This document shows positions 27,184 through 36,017 of a stretch of 64,000 nucleotides of DNA, one piece after another (the first letter of the stretch is position 1; each line of letters begins with the position of its first letter). Position numbers and translations under genes: made by a program. The notes below the pieces were generated by a model. That model saw nothing but the letters and a program-made list of their open reading frames with translations. It did no database searches and was not told where the DNA came from. This DNA comes from an uncultured Actinomycetota bacterium (GTDB lineage Bacteria; Actinomycetota; Thermoleophilia; Solirubrobacterales; Solirubrobacteraceae): the NCBI GenBank assembly GCA_963805565.1, contig CAWDUK010000004.1, forward strand, positions 401,938-465,937. The letters run 5' to 3'.

Positions 27184-29835
27184 TCAGCCGTGACGACGAG
27201 CCTTGAGCAACGGCGCCTTGGCCAGATAGTGGTGGCTGGTGCGGACCTCGACGTGCTTGTGATTCACGAAGTTGGTGACCGCCACCTTGTCGCGCGTGAC
27301 GCGGATCAGAGTCCCTTCGCAAAGATCCTCCGTCAGCCATTCGGTGCCCTGCACCGCGCCGGCGGCGTAATTGCCCTTGGTCGTGAATTTGCCGTGCGCG
27401 TTGGCCCACAGCTTGCGCACCACGTGCTTGCCTGAGGCGGAGCTGATGATCGCGGTGCCAGCCTGCGGCGGGATCTTGTAGCGGCGCGGGCAAACCGCGA
27501 AGTTGCCGCCCGTGAGCGTCGCGACCACCATCCCGTCGCTTTCCTGCGTGAGCACGAACTCGCCATCGAAGAATTCGCCGGTCTCAGTGCCGCCACCGGG
27601 CTGCGCGACGGTCACGCTCACGTGCCCGTTGGTGGCTTCGATCACGCTGCCGAGCGGGATCTGCGTGAGCGTTGTCAACGACACGAAGCCGTTGGCGCCA
27701 GGCAGCTTGACCAGCACCGTGCCGGAAACCGGGGCGACGTTGCCGGTTTTGGCGAGTGTCGGTGGCGGGACCGATGCGATTTTGGCTTTTTCGGTCGGTT
27801 CTTTCGGTCCCGAGCCGCCGCCTGAGCCTTTGCCGCTGGGCTGTTCTTCAAAGCATTTCCAGCTGAAAGCATCGTTTGGTTCTTCCGCGTAGGCGAAGGA
27901 CCCGGGGTGCTGCGTCGAGCAGGCGTTGTCCATGCTCGGAGCAGGCCCGGTCGCCGCGATCAGCACCTGATGGCCGCCTTCTTCCACGCAGGCCCAATTT
28001 TCGAAGGCGGCATCAGGCCCCACCACTTCACCCTTGTGCAGCGCGACCGAGGTGTAGCCAAGGCTCCTGCAGTAGCCGTTCAGGTCCAGTCCGCCGACTT
28101 CATGCGGTGGAACGAACACATACTTGAAGTGGTCGGCTTCACCGGCTTCGGAGGTGCCATTCGCAGTTGTGACCCTGACGTCGACCGTTCCCGTGCCGGG
28201 AGGCGTCTTGACGGTGATCGAACTGGCTGAGTTGACGGTGACTTCCGTGGCTGGCCTGCCGCCAAACTCGATCGACGCCCCGGCGACGAAGCCGCTGCCT
28301 TCGACGGTCACCTGGCTCCCGCCCGCTTCCGATCCGTAGAAGGGACTCACACCCGAGACGGCTGGTTTGAGCGCACGCGCAAGCTCCACGATCGAGTGGC
28401 CTTCCTGCGCCGCAACGTAGACGTTGGTGCCATCGGGAGAGACGACGAGCCGCCGCGCCCCTTCGAGCCCCGTCAGTGCGTTGGTGCCGCAACCACCGGG
28501 TTCTGTGGTGATGCATTCGTAGGGCGATGTGAAGGGTGCGAGCGCGCCGTTCGCCGAGGATTCGCGCTTGAAGGCGGCGACCGACGATTCGCCGGTGCTC
28601 GCCACATAGAGGTCTTCGCCATCGGGGCTGATCGCCAGGCCGCGAGTGCCGCCGATCGCCTTCACCTGCGTGCATTCGGCAATCACGGCTGTGCTCACGC
28701 AGGCATTCGGGCCGGCGAGCTGAGTCAGCGCGCCGGTGCCGGTGTTGCGTTCGAGCTCAACAACCGCGCTCTTGATGAACGAGGTCGCGTAGACGTTCTT
28801 GCCGTCGGGGCTGACCACCAGGCTCTCGGAGCCGTCGAGCGCGATGCCACTGGCGCATTTGGTGGCGATCTTTTCGCTGATGCAGCCTTCGGATCCGGAA
28901 AGCTGGGCGAGCGCGCCGTTCGCTTCGCGCTTGAATGAGGCGATCTCCCCTTCTTCTTCGGAGGCTCCGGCCGCGACGTAGACGTTTTCGTTGTCTGGGC
29001 TGACCGCGATGCCGATCGGTTCAGCCAGAGGTTGAGCCGTTTTGGCCGGGCAGCCGCTACCGGGACCGCCGATGCATTCCTGGCCCGAAAGCTTTTCCAG
29101 CAGACCGGTCGTCGTGTTGCGCTCGAACTCGGCAACCGATTCGCCCTTCACGCTTGCCACATAGACGCTTTCGCCGTTGGGGCTCACGGCAATCCCGTAG
29201 GGTTCTTTGAAGCCCTTCGCTTCGGTGATTTCGCATTCGCCGCCGGATTCGCCGGTCACACAGGCTTTGCCGGAGCTCATCAAGCTCAAGAGCCCGGTCC
29301 CCGCTTCGCGTTCGAGCTCGACCACCGCGTTGTGCGAGGCGACCGTCACATAGACGTCCTTGCCATCCTGGCTGATCGCAAGCGCAGTCGGTTTGGCCAT
29401 GATCGCCACATTCGTCTGTTCCTGAGCGCCGGAGCCCGATTCAGCGCATTCTTCGGTGCTTGCGGTGATGCAGCCGATCACGTTGAGCGCGCCCGTAGCC
29501 TGGTTGCGCGAGTACTCGATCAGGTCTCCGTTGATCGAAACCGAATAGACGTTGTCGCCTTCGGGACTGACCTGCGCTTCGTAGGCGAAGCTGAGGCCAA
29601 ACGGAACTGTGCTCCCGCACAGCGCTCTGGCTTCCTTGGCTTCGCCGATGCACCCAAGCCCTGACAGCGCGCCGCTCGGCGCTGCTGCCGCGCGTGCCGG
29701 CAGAGCGAGTGAGAGCACCGCGAGGATCGCCACCACCGCGATCCAGTTAACATCGCCGAAATATGAGGACTTCGCATCGTCAGAGCAGAAGGCGCATGGC
29801 GAGATGGGCAGCCTGAGACGGCGGCGTCGATTCAC
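27184..29835 (-). CDS. Secreted seven-bladed beta-propeller (lactonase/YncE-like repeats) - IPT/TIG - unknown C-terminal domains protein
   Basis: 883 aa from GTG 29835; the start is uncertain. It has a hydrophobic signal-like segment (IAVVAILAVLSLALPARAAAAP), seven (V/I)SPDG-x-NVYVA blades and an IPT/TIG domain (PAVSGVSPFYGSEAGGSQVTVEGSGF..., ~28126-28377). These are followed by a Cys-containing region, a G/S/P/K linker and a ~200-aa beta-rich C-terminus. Confidence 0.8.
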   Translation of the reverse strand: MNRRRRLRLPISPCAFCSDDAKSSYFGDVNWIAVVAILAVLSLALPARAAAAPSGALSGLGCIGEAKEARALCGSTVPFGLSFAYEAQVSPEGDNVYSVSINGDLIEYSRNQATGALNVIGCITASTEECAESGSGAQEQTNVAIMAKPTALAISQDGKDVYVTVASHNAVVELEREAGTGLLSLMSSGKACVTGESGGECEITEAKGFKEPYGIAVSPNGESVYVASVKGESVAEFERNTTTGLLEKLSGQECIGGPGSGCPAKTAQPLAEPIGIAVSPDNENVYVAAGASEEEGEIASFKREANGALAQLSGSEGCISEKIATKCASGIALDGSESLVVSPDGKNVYATSFIKSAVVELERNTGTGALTQLAGPNACVSTAVIAECTQVKAIGGTRGLAISPDGEDLYVASTGESSVAAFKRESSANGALAPFTSPYECITTEPGGCGTNALTGLEGARRLVVSPDGTNVYVAAQEGHSIVELARALKPAVSGVSPFYGSEAGGSQVTVEGSGFVAGASIEFGGRPATEVTVNSASSITVKTPPGTGTVDVRVTTANGTSEAGEADHFKYVFVPPHEVGGLDLNGYCRSLGYTSVALHKGEVVGPDAAFENWACVEEGGHQVLIAATGPAPSMDNACSTQHPGSFAYAEEPNDAFSWKCFEEQPSGKGSGGGSGPKEPTEKAKIASVPPPTLAKTGNVAPVSGTVLVKLPGANGFVSLTTLTQIPLGSVIEATNGHVSVTVAQPGGGTETGEFFDGEFVLTQESDGMVVATLTGGNFAVCPRRYKIPPQAGTAIISSASGKHVVRKLWANAHGKFTTKGNYAAGAVQGTEWLTEDLCEGTLIRVTRDKVAVTNFVNHKHVEVRTSHHYLAKAPLLKARRHG
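28381..29586 (-). repeat. Seven ~55-60-aa propeller-blade repeats, each connector carrying Cys-x7-8-Cys
   Basis: The blades are centred on VSPEGDNVYSV, ISQDGKDVYVT, VSPNGESVYVA, VSPDNENVYVA, VSPDGKNVYAT, ISPDGEDLYVA and VSPDGTNVYVA. The connectors read CITASTEEC, CVTGESGGEC, CIGGPGSGC, CISEKIATKC, CVSTAVIAEC and CITTEPGGC. Confidence 0.65.
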
Positions 29836-31625
29836 CGCGCAGATGGTAATGGCGATCCTCGCCGCGTCTATAGGCGTTTTTTCCTATACGGTGAACCTGC
29901 TGCGGCCGACCGAGTTGCAGTCGATCGACGCTCGGTTCTCGATCCGGGGCCGCCAGCACGTTGCCTCCGACATCGTGCTGGTGCGAATCGATCACCCTAC
30001 CCTTGAAGCATTCTCACACCGAAATCTGGCGACGAGAATCCCGCTTCCGCGCAGCTACGACGCCAAGGTGATCGAACGGTTGCGTCAGGCAGGCGCCAAG
30101 GCGATCGCGGTCGACATCGAATTCGGCCACCCATCCAGGGGCGAACACGAAACACAGGCAAGCGAAGAACGCTCAGAAGAAGAAAGCGATGAACTCTTCG
30201 AAGCCGTCGGCCGCGCACACGGCAAGGTCGTGCTCGCGGCAACCGAAATCGGTCCGCACGGCGAAAACGAAGTGCTAGGCGGCGCCGCGAACCTGCGCGA
30301 AGTGGGCGCGCGTGCCGGCGCGGCCATCCTCACCGTCGACTCAGACGGTGCCACCAGGCGTGTCGCCTACTCCTACAGCGGCCTGCCGACGCTCGGCGTC
30401 GCGACCGCCGAAGTCGCCAGCGGACACCGCTATCCAGCCTCGCTGTTCGAAGACGGCACCCTGCCGATCGACTTTCTCGGCCCCCCGCCGAGCTTCAAGG
30501 TCGCCTCGTTCTCCAGTGTGATGCTCGGCCAGTCGCCGGCAAGCCTCTTCAAGAACAAGATCGTGATCGTGGGAGCCTCCGACCCGCTCTTTCAGGACGT
30601 TCACCACACCGCCGTGGGCGGCAGCAAGGAGATGGCGGGCACGGAAATCTGGGCCAACGCGGTCTCCACGCTGCTGCGCGGCGTCCCGCTGCGCAACGCC
30701 CCCGGCTGGCTCGACATCACTCTGATCGTTCTGCTCGGCATGGCGGCCCCGCTCGCCAGCCTGCGCCTGGACGCTGGCGCTCGCTGCTCGATGCGGTCGC
30801 GCTCGGCGGCGTGTTCACGTCGCCGTGCAGATCGCCTTCAACAGCGGGCGGATCGTCACCTTCGTCTACCCGCTGCTCGCGCTGGCGATCGGCACGCTCG
30901 GCACGCTCGGCAGTGCTCTACGTCGGCGAGAGCGATCGAGCGCGAACACGTGCGCGACATCTTCGCCCGCTTCGTCCCCGCAGGTGTCGTCGAGCAGGTG
31001 CTCGCCACGCACCGACGAGAACCTTCGCCTCGGCGGCGTGGAACGCGATTGCACCGTCCTGTTCTCCGACCTGCGCGGCTTCACGAGCTTCTCCGAGACC
31101 CAGCCCGCGGCGCGCGTGATCGAGGTCGTCAACTACTACCTCAACGAGATGACCGAGGCGATCCTCGCCGCCGGCGGCACGCTGATCGCCTACATGGGCG
31201 ACGGCATCATGGCGGTCTTCGGCGCGCCGCTGGAGCAGGAGGACCACGCCGACCGCGCGCGTGCGTCGCGGCGCGCGAGATGATCGGTACGCGCCTTGAC
31301 CAGTTCAACGCCTGGCTGGCCGAGCAGGGCTTCGAGCGCGGCTTCGAAATGGGCGTGGGCCTCAACAGCGGCCCCGTGATGGCCGGCAACGTCGGCTCTG
31401 AGCAGCGCGTCGAATACACGGCGATCGGCGACACGACCAACACCGCCTCGCGCCTTGAGGGCATGACCAAGGACAGCGAGGCGATGCTGTTCATCGCCGA
31501 CGCCACGCGCGAGCGCATGCAGGCGGTGCCCGAGGATCTCGACTCTGTCGGCGAGGTGAGCATCCGCGGGCGAACGAGCGAAGCTCGGCGTGTGGACGAT
31601 CTGGCCATCGGGCAGCCGCTGCTGA
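29804..31625 (+). pseudogene. CHASE2 sensor - class III adenylate/guanylate cyclase, readable only with 6-7 frame switches
   Basis: ATG 29804 gives MGSLRRRRRFTAQMVMAILAASIGVF..., a CHASE2-like extracytoplasmic region. The TM segments and cyclase domain are scattered over three frames. Examples are VAVQIAFNSGRIVTFVYPLLALAIG and DENLRLGGVERDCTVLFSDLRGFTSFSE...AYMGDGIMAVFGAP in frame 0, and EMIGTRL...VGLNSGPVMAGNVGSEQRVEYTAIGDTTNTASRLEG in frame 2. The end at TGA 31623-31625 is inferred and uncertain. Confidence 0.75.
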
Positions 31626-31740
31626 CGACGCAGAACGACGAATCTGCGACCGCCGCTGGCAGATGCGCTGGTAAGCTGCCGCGCCAGACGCCGTCGGACG
31701 ACCCGGAGCGACCCGCCGAAGTTGAGAGCAGGCAAAGCCC

Positions 31741-32750
31741 ATGCGTCACCAGAGCTCAATCACCTCGCTGTCGTGGATACCCTCAGAGGCCGTCGAAGGA
31801 AGCATGCGCGTCGCGTTCGACACGGGCCTCGCCCACTACGACCCGCCTCCGCCCGACAAGCTCGAGGACATCGAGGCGCTGCGCGACGCCGATCGCTTCC
31901 GCTTCGCGAACGTGCTGAAGGCGTGGGTGGAGGTGGACAGGTCCGGCGAGCATCACCGACTTCGGCTACAGCGGCGGCGGGCTGATGGGCAGCACGACCG
32001 TGAAGGTCGGCCCGCTCGCGAGGACGTTCGAGGCGGTCGGGCTGCCCGATATCCAGCGCAAGCCCGCAGACGGGCAAGGACTTCGTGCGCTTCGTGCAGA
32101 CCGACGGCGGGCGCACGGGCGTGCCGGCGCCGCGCCGCGTGCGCCGCAAGCCGTTCGTGCAGTGGCAGGCGCCGCTCGTCTGGACGACGCTCTCGCTCAC
32201 GATTCACGCCGACGGTCGCGCCGAGGGCGAGATGGAGGGCGCAAGCCGTTTCCCGCGCCACTGGGTCTACGACGACGCCGGCCAGCACTCGCACAAGTCG
32301 GGGCTGGCGGACTTCAAGGACTGGTATCGCAAGTCCTTCGGCCGTCACACCCCGTGGGGCGACCAGGAGTCCAAGGCGCTCGTCACCGCGGTCGAGACTG
32401 CGCTGGAGCGCGCGCTCTCCGAGCAGGTGATGAGCGGGCGGAGACAAGCCGAAGATCAGGCGCGTGAAGGCGGGCAGCGAGCTCGTCAGGCAGGGCGAAG
32501 AGGGCTCGGAGGTCTTCCTGCTGCTCGACGGCGTGCTGCGGGTCGAGCACGACGGCGAGCGACTGGCCGAGTACGGGCCCGGCGCGCTGCTCGGCGAGCG
32601 CGCGCACCTGGAGGGCGGCAAGCGCACATCGACCCTCGTTGCTGTGACGACCTGCGGGTCGCTTCGGTGCGAGGCCGACCAGCTCGAACGCGCGAGCGCT
32701 GCGCGAGCTCTCCAAGGATCGTCGCCGCGAGAAGAGCGCCGCGGCGCTGA
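31741..32750 (+). pseudogene. Unknown ~230-aa N-terminal domain + C-terminal cyclic-nucleotide-binding domain, multiple frame switches
   Basis: The pieces are MRHQSSITSLSWIPSEAVEG... (frame 1), ITDFGYSGGGLMGSTTVKVGPLARTFEAVGLPDIQRKPADG (frame 2), KDFVRFVQTDGGRTG...FPRHWVYDDAG...ERALSEQVMSG (frame 0) and DKPKIRRVKAGSELVRQGEEGSEVFLLLDGVLRVEHDGERLAEYGPGALLGERAHLEGGKRTSTLVAV (frame 1, cNMP-binding). The 3' end is not determinable by eye. Confidence 0.6.
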
Positions 32751-32756
32751 GCAGCA

Positions 32757-33599
32757 GTGCGCGTTCACCTCTGCGGGGTGCGGGGCTCCACACCCGCGCC
32801 TGGCGCCGACTTCCTGCGCTACGGCGGGCACACCTCCTGCGTCGCGATCGCCCATGACGACGCGCAGGTCCCCAGCCTGATCCTCGACGCGGGCACCGGC
32901 GTGCGCAGCGTCAGCGCGCTGATCGGCGGGCGCACCGTTCGTCGGCACGATTCTGCTCACCCATCTGCACTGGGACCATGTCCAGGGCTTGCCGTTCTTC
33001 TCCGCCGGTGACCACGATGGCGCGCAGGTCTCGCTGTTGCTGCCGGAGCAGGAGGATGGTCGCAGGCGCTCGAGGTGCTCTCGCGCGCGATGTCACCGCC
33101 GCACTTCCCGATGGGGCCGGACGGGCTGCGCGGCACCTGGAGCTTTGGCAGCATCGCGCCGGGACGCTCGATTCATCAGGGTTTCAAGGTGTTCACGCGC
33201 GAGGTTCCACACAAGGGCGGGCGCACCTTCGGCTACAGGGTCAGCGACGGCAATTGCAGCATCACCTACATCCCCGACCACTGCCCCACCGCGCTGGGCC
33301 CCGGGCCCGACGGTTACGGCGAACTTCACCCCGCGGCGCTGGAGCTTGCGGCGGAGGTGGACCTGCTCGTGCACGACGCGCAGCTGCTCAGCGAGCAGGA
33401 GCTGGCTGCCGAAGGGCGCTTCGGACACGCCGCCGCCGATTACGCGGTGAAGCTAGGCGCCGAGGCCGGCGTGAAGACGGTCGCGCTCTTCCACCATCGG
33501 CCCGACCGCACAGATCAAACGCTCGACGAGCTCGCAACGCGATACCCCGCCCCCGCCAACGTGATCGTGGCCGCGCAGGACCCAGTGCTGCAATTGTGA
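32757..33599 (+). pseudogene. MBL-fold metallo-hydrolase (candidate Rv1339-type cyclic-nucleotide phosphodiesterase), two compensating frame switches
   Basis: GTG 32757 gives MRVHLCGVRGSTPAPGADFLRYGGHTSCVAI...ILDAGTGV (frame 0). APFVGTILLTHLHWDHVQGLPFFSAGDHDG (frame 1, HLHWDH at 32962-32979) follows. The sequence then returns to frame 0: ALEVLSRAMSPPHFP...LLVHDAQL...GHAAADYAV...ALFHHRPDRTD.... Confidence 0.7.
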
Positions 33600-33601
33600 G
33601 C

Positions 33602-35031
33602 ATGATGACGCGGCAGCGCCCACCCGGACGTGGTGGTCGTCGGCTCGGGCCCCAATGGGCTGGCAGCCGCGCTTACGCTCGCCCGCGCGGGCCTTGCGGT
33701 GGAGGTCTTCGAGGGCGCGCAAAGCCTCGGCGGCGGCTGCCGCACGCAGGAACTGACGCTGCCCGGATTCACCCACGACGTCTGCTCGACCGTCCACCCG
33801 CTGCTGGCCGCGTCGCCGTTCTTTCGAGACGCCAACCTGAAAGTGACGCTACGCACGCCGGAGGTTGCCTTCGCTCACCCACTCGACGGCGGCCATGCGG
33901 TTGCCGCCGTGGGATCGGTTACGCAGACAGCCGCCATGCTCGGCGCCGACGGGCCACGTTACCGGCGTCTACTTGGGCCGATGGCCGACTCGGTCGAGCG
34001 ATTCTGCCCTCAGTGCTTACCCCGATGTTGCGCCCGCCGGCCCATCCGTTCGCGATGGCGCGCTTCGGGCTGCGCGGCCTCTGGCCCGCCAGCGCCCTCG
34101 CGCGCGCTGTTCGAGACCCAGCCCGCGCAAGGCCCTGATCGCGGGCCTGGCCGCACACTCGATGCAGCCGCTGAGCGCACCGGGCACCGGCGCCTTCGCA
34201 TTGCTGCTGGGCATGCTTTCCCACACCGTCGGCTGGCCGGTCGTGGAAGGCGGCAGCGTGGGCGTGGTCGATGCGCTTGCCGCAGAGATCGAGGCGGCGG
34301 GCGGGCACCTTCACACCGGTCGCTGGATCGGCGACCTGCAAGAGCTGCCAAGCAGCAGGATCACGCTGCTCGACCTCACGCCCCGCCAGCTGCTCGAGAT
34401 CGCGGGAGATCGGATCCCGGCGCGCAGCCGGCGTGCCCTATCGCCGCTTTCGCTACGGCCCCGGCGTCTGCAAGGTCGACTGGGCCCTGAGTGGTCCTGT
34501 GCCCTGGCAGGCAGAGGTCTGCCGCAAGACCCCCACGCTGCATCTCGGAGGCACGCTTCGAGGAGATCGCCCTCAGCGAGTCGGAGATCGCCGCAGGACG
34601 CCACGCCGAGCGCCCCTATCTGCATCGCGGTTCAGCCCTGCGTGATCGACCCCTCACGCGCGCCGCAGGGTCAGCACACCTTCTACGCCTACTGCCACGT
34701 GCCCGCCGGCTCAAGCCGGGATGTCAGCGATCGGATCGAAGCTCAGATCGAGCGCTTCGCCCCCGGCTTCCGCGACCTGGTGCTGGCAAAGACCGTCACG
34801 ACGGCGACCGAGATCGAGTCCCACAACCCCAACTGCATCGGCGGAGACATCAACTCCGGCGCGGCCACCCTGGCACAGACGCTGTTTCGCCCCACCGTCA
34901 GCCTGCGCCCGTACAGCACGCCGCTGCCCGGCGTCTATCTCTGCTCCTCCTCAACCCCTCCCGGCGGCGGCGTGCACGGGATGTGCGGGGCAGGCGCCGC
35001 ACAGGCCGCGCTGCACGACCTGCGTCACTGA
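33602..35031 (+). pseudogene. CrtI/phytoene-desaturase-family FAD-dependent oxidoreductase, 6-7 frame switches
   Basis: The Rossmann motif is DVVVVGSGPNGLAAALTLARAGLAVEVFEG. Later pieces in other frames include ILPSVLTPMLRPPAHPFAMARFGL, ALIAGLAAHSMQPL...[45 protein letters not shown] and [14 protein letters not shown]...PGGGVHGMCG. The start is either ATG 33602 (needs a shift near 33625) or GTG 33630. Confidence 0.7.
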
Positions 35032-35906
35032 CGGCGCGCCAGCAGGCGCTGCACCTTCTCGACGGTCTTCTCGTCGCTCAGCGGCGTGTAGAGGACCAGC
35101 CGCTGCTCGGGGCTCTCCTCCAGCTTGAAGACCGCGTGCTCAAAGGCCATCTTCCCGGCGACCGGGTGCGCCAGCAGCTTGCGGCCGATGCCGCTGCGAA
35201 TCACCTCGTGGCGCTTCCACCAGCGACCGAAGTCGGTGCTGCCGCGCTTGAGCTCATCGATCAACTCATCGAAGTCCGGGTCGCCGACGTGCCGTGCACT
35301 GTCGGCGCGAAAGCGCCCGACGACCTGCTGCGCGCCCTCGGTCCAGTCGGTGAACAGCGTGCGACGAGCAGGTTCCATGAAGGTGGCCCAGATCATGTTG
35401 CGCCGCTCCGGCGGCAGCTCCGACGGATCGCTGAAGACGACGGCGTAGGCATCGTTCCAGCTCAGAAAGTCCCAACGGCGGCCGAGGATGCAGGCGGGAC
35501 TGGTGCCGAGATTCTCGATCAGGCGCACGAGCGTCTCTGAGGCCTGCTCGCGTGGAGCGCGCCCACCCATGATCTCCTCGCCACGGCCGAGCACGATCAG
35601 ATGGGAGCGCTCGGCGGGGGTCATCCGCAGCGCGTCGGCGATCGCCTCCAGCACCGAGCGCGAGGCCCGCACGTCGCGTCCCTGCTCAAGCCACGTGTAC
35701 CAGGTGGTGCCCACGCCGGCCAGCTGGGCGACCTCCTCGCGACGCAGCCCCGGCGTGCGCCTGCGTCCCCCGCCGGCAAGCCCGACCTCGTGCGGCTCGA
35801 TCGCTTCGCGGCGGATGCGCAGGAACTCGGACAGCTGCGCGCGCCGGCGCTCGCCGTCGCGGAGCACGGACGGCTTTGCGGTGGTCTCTGCAGTGGTGGT
35901 GCTCAT
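35025..35906 (-). CDS. MmyB-like XRE-family helix-turn-helix regulator
   Basis: 293 aa, ...LSEFLRIRREAIEPHEVGL...RRTPGLRREEVAQLAGVGTTWYTWLEQGR..., plus the MmyB-type C-terminal ligand domain. It is divergent from the MFS gene. Confidence 0.85.
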   Translation of the reverse strand: MSTTTAETTAKPSVLRDGERRRAQLSEFLRIRREAIEPHEVGLAGGGRRRTPGLRREEVAQLAGVGTTWYTWLEQGRDVRASRSVLEAIADALRMTPAERSHLIVLGRGEEIMGGRAPREQASETLVRLIENLGTSPACILGRRWDFLSWNDAYAVVFSDPSELPPERRNMIWATFMEPARRTLFTDWTEGAQQVVGRFRADSARHVGDPDFDELIDELKRGSTDFGRWWKRHEVIRSGIGRKLLAHPVAGKMAFEHAVFKLEESPEQRLVLYTPLSDEKTVEKVQRLLARRQ

Positions 35907-36017
35907 ACCAGGATAAGTCCCTCTCTTCTACCTGAATGAACATCGTTGCACACTGTCTGCGGGGTGTGGTGCGCAGGGTCAAGCGCAACAGACGGCACGC
36001 AGCAGGAAAGGCAACCG

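Noticed and set aside
29609-31918. The 769-aa ORF as one intact CHASE2-cyclase protein
   Set aside because: The frame stays open only because of high G+C. The stretch ~30770-31260 in that frame is Arg/Pro-rich nonsense, while the real TM and cyclase motifs sit in the other two frames. The tail after ~31580 also looks out of frame.
32653-32698. Three additional frame switches at the end of the cNMP-binding gene
   Set aside because: The alternative reading (TTC-RVASVR-ADQLERAS-LRELSKDRRRE) looks more protein-like to me. However, the continuous frame-1 reading cannot be excluded by eye. I did not count these as firm and left the 3' end of the gene undetermined.
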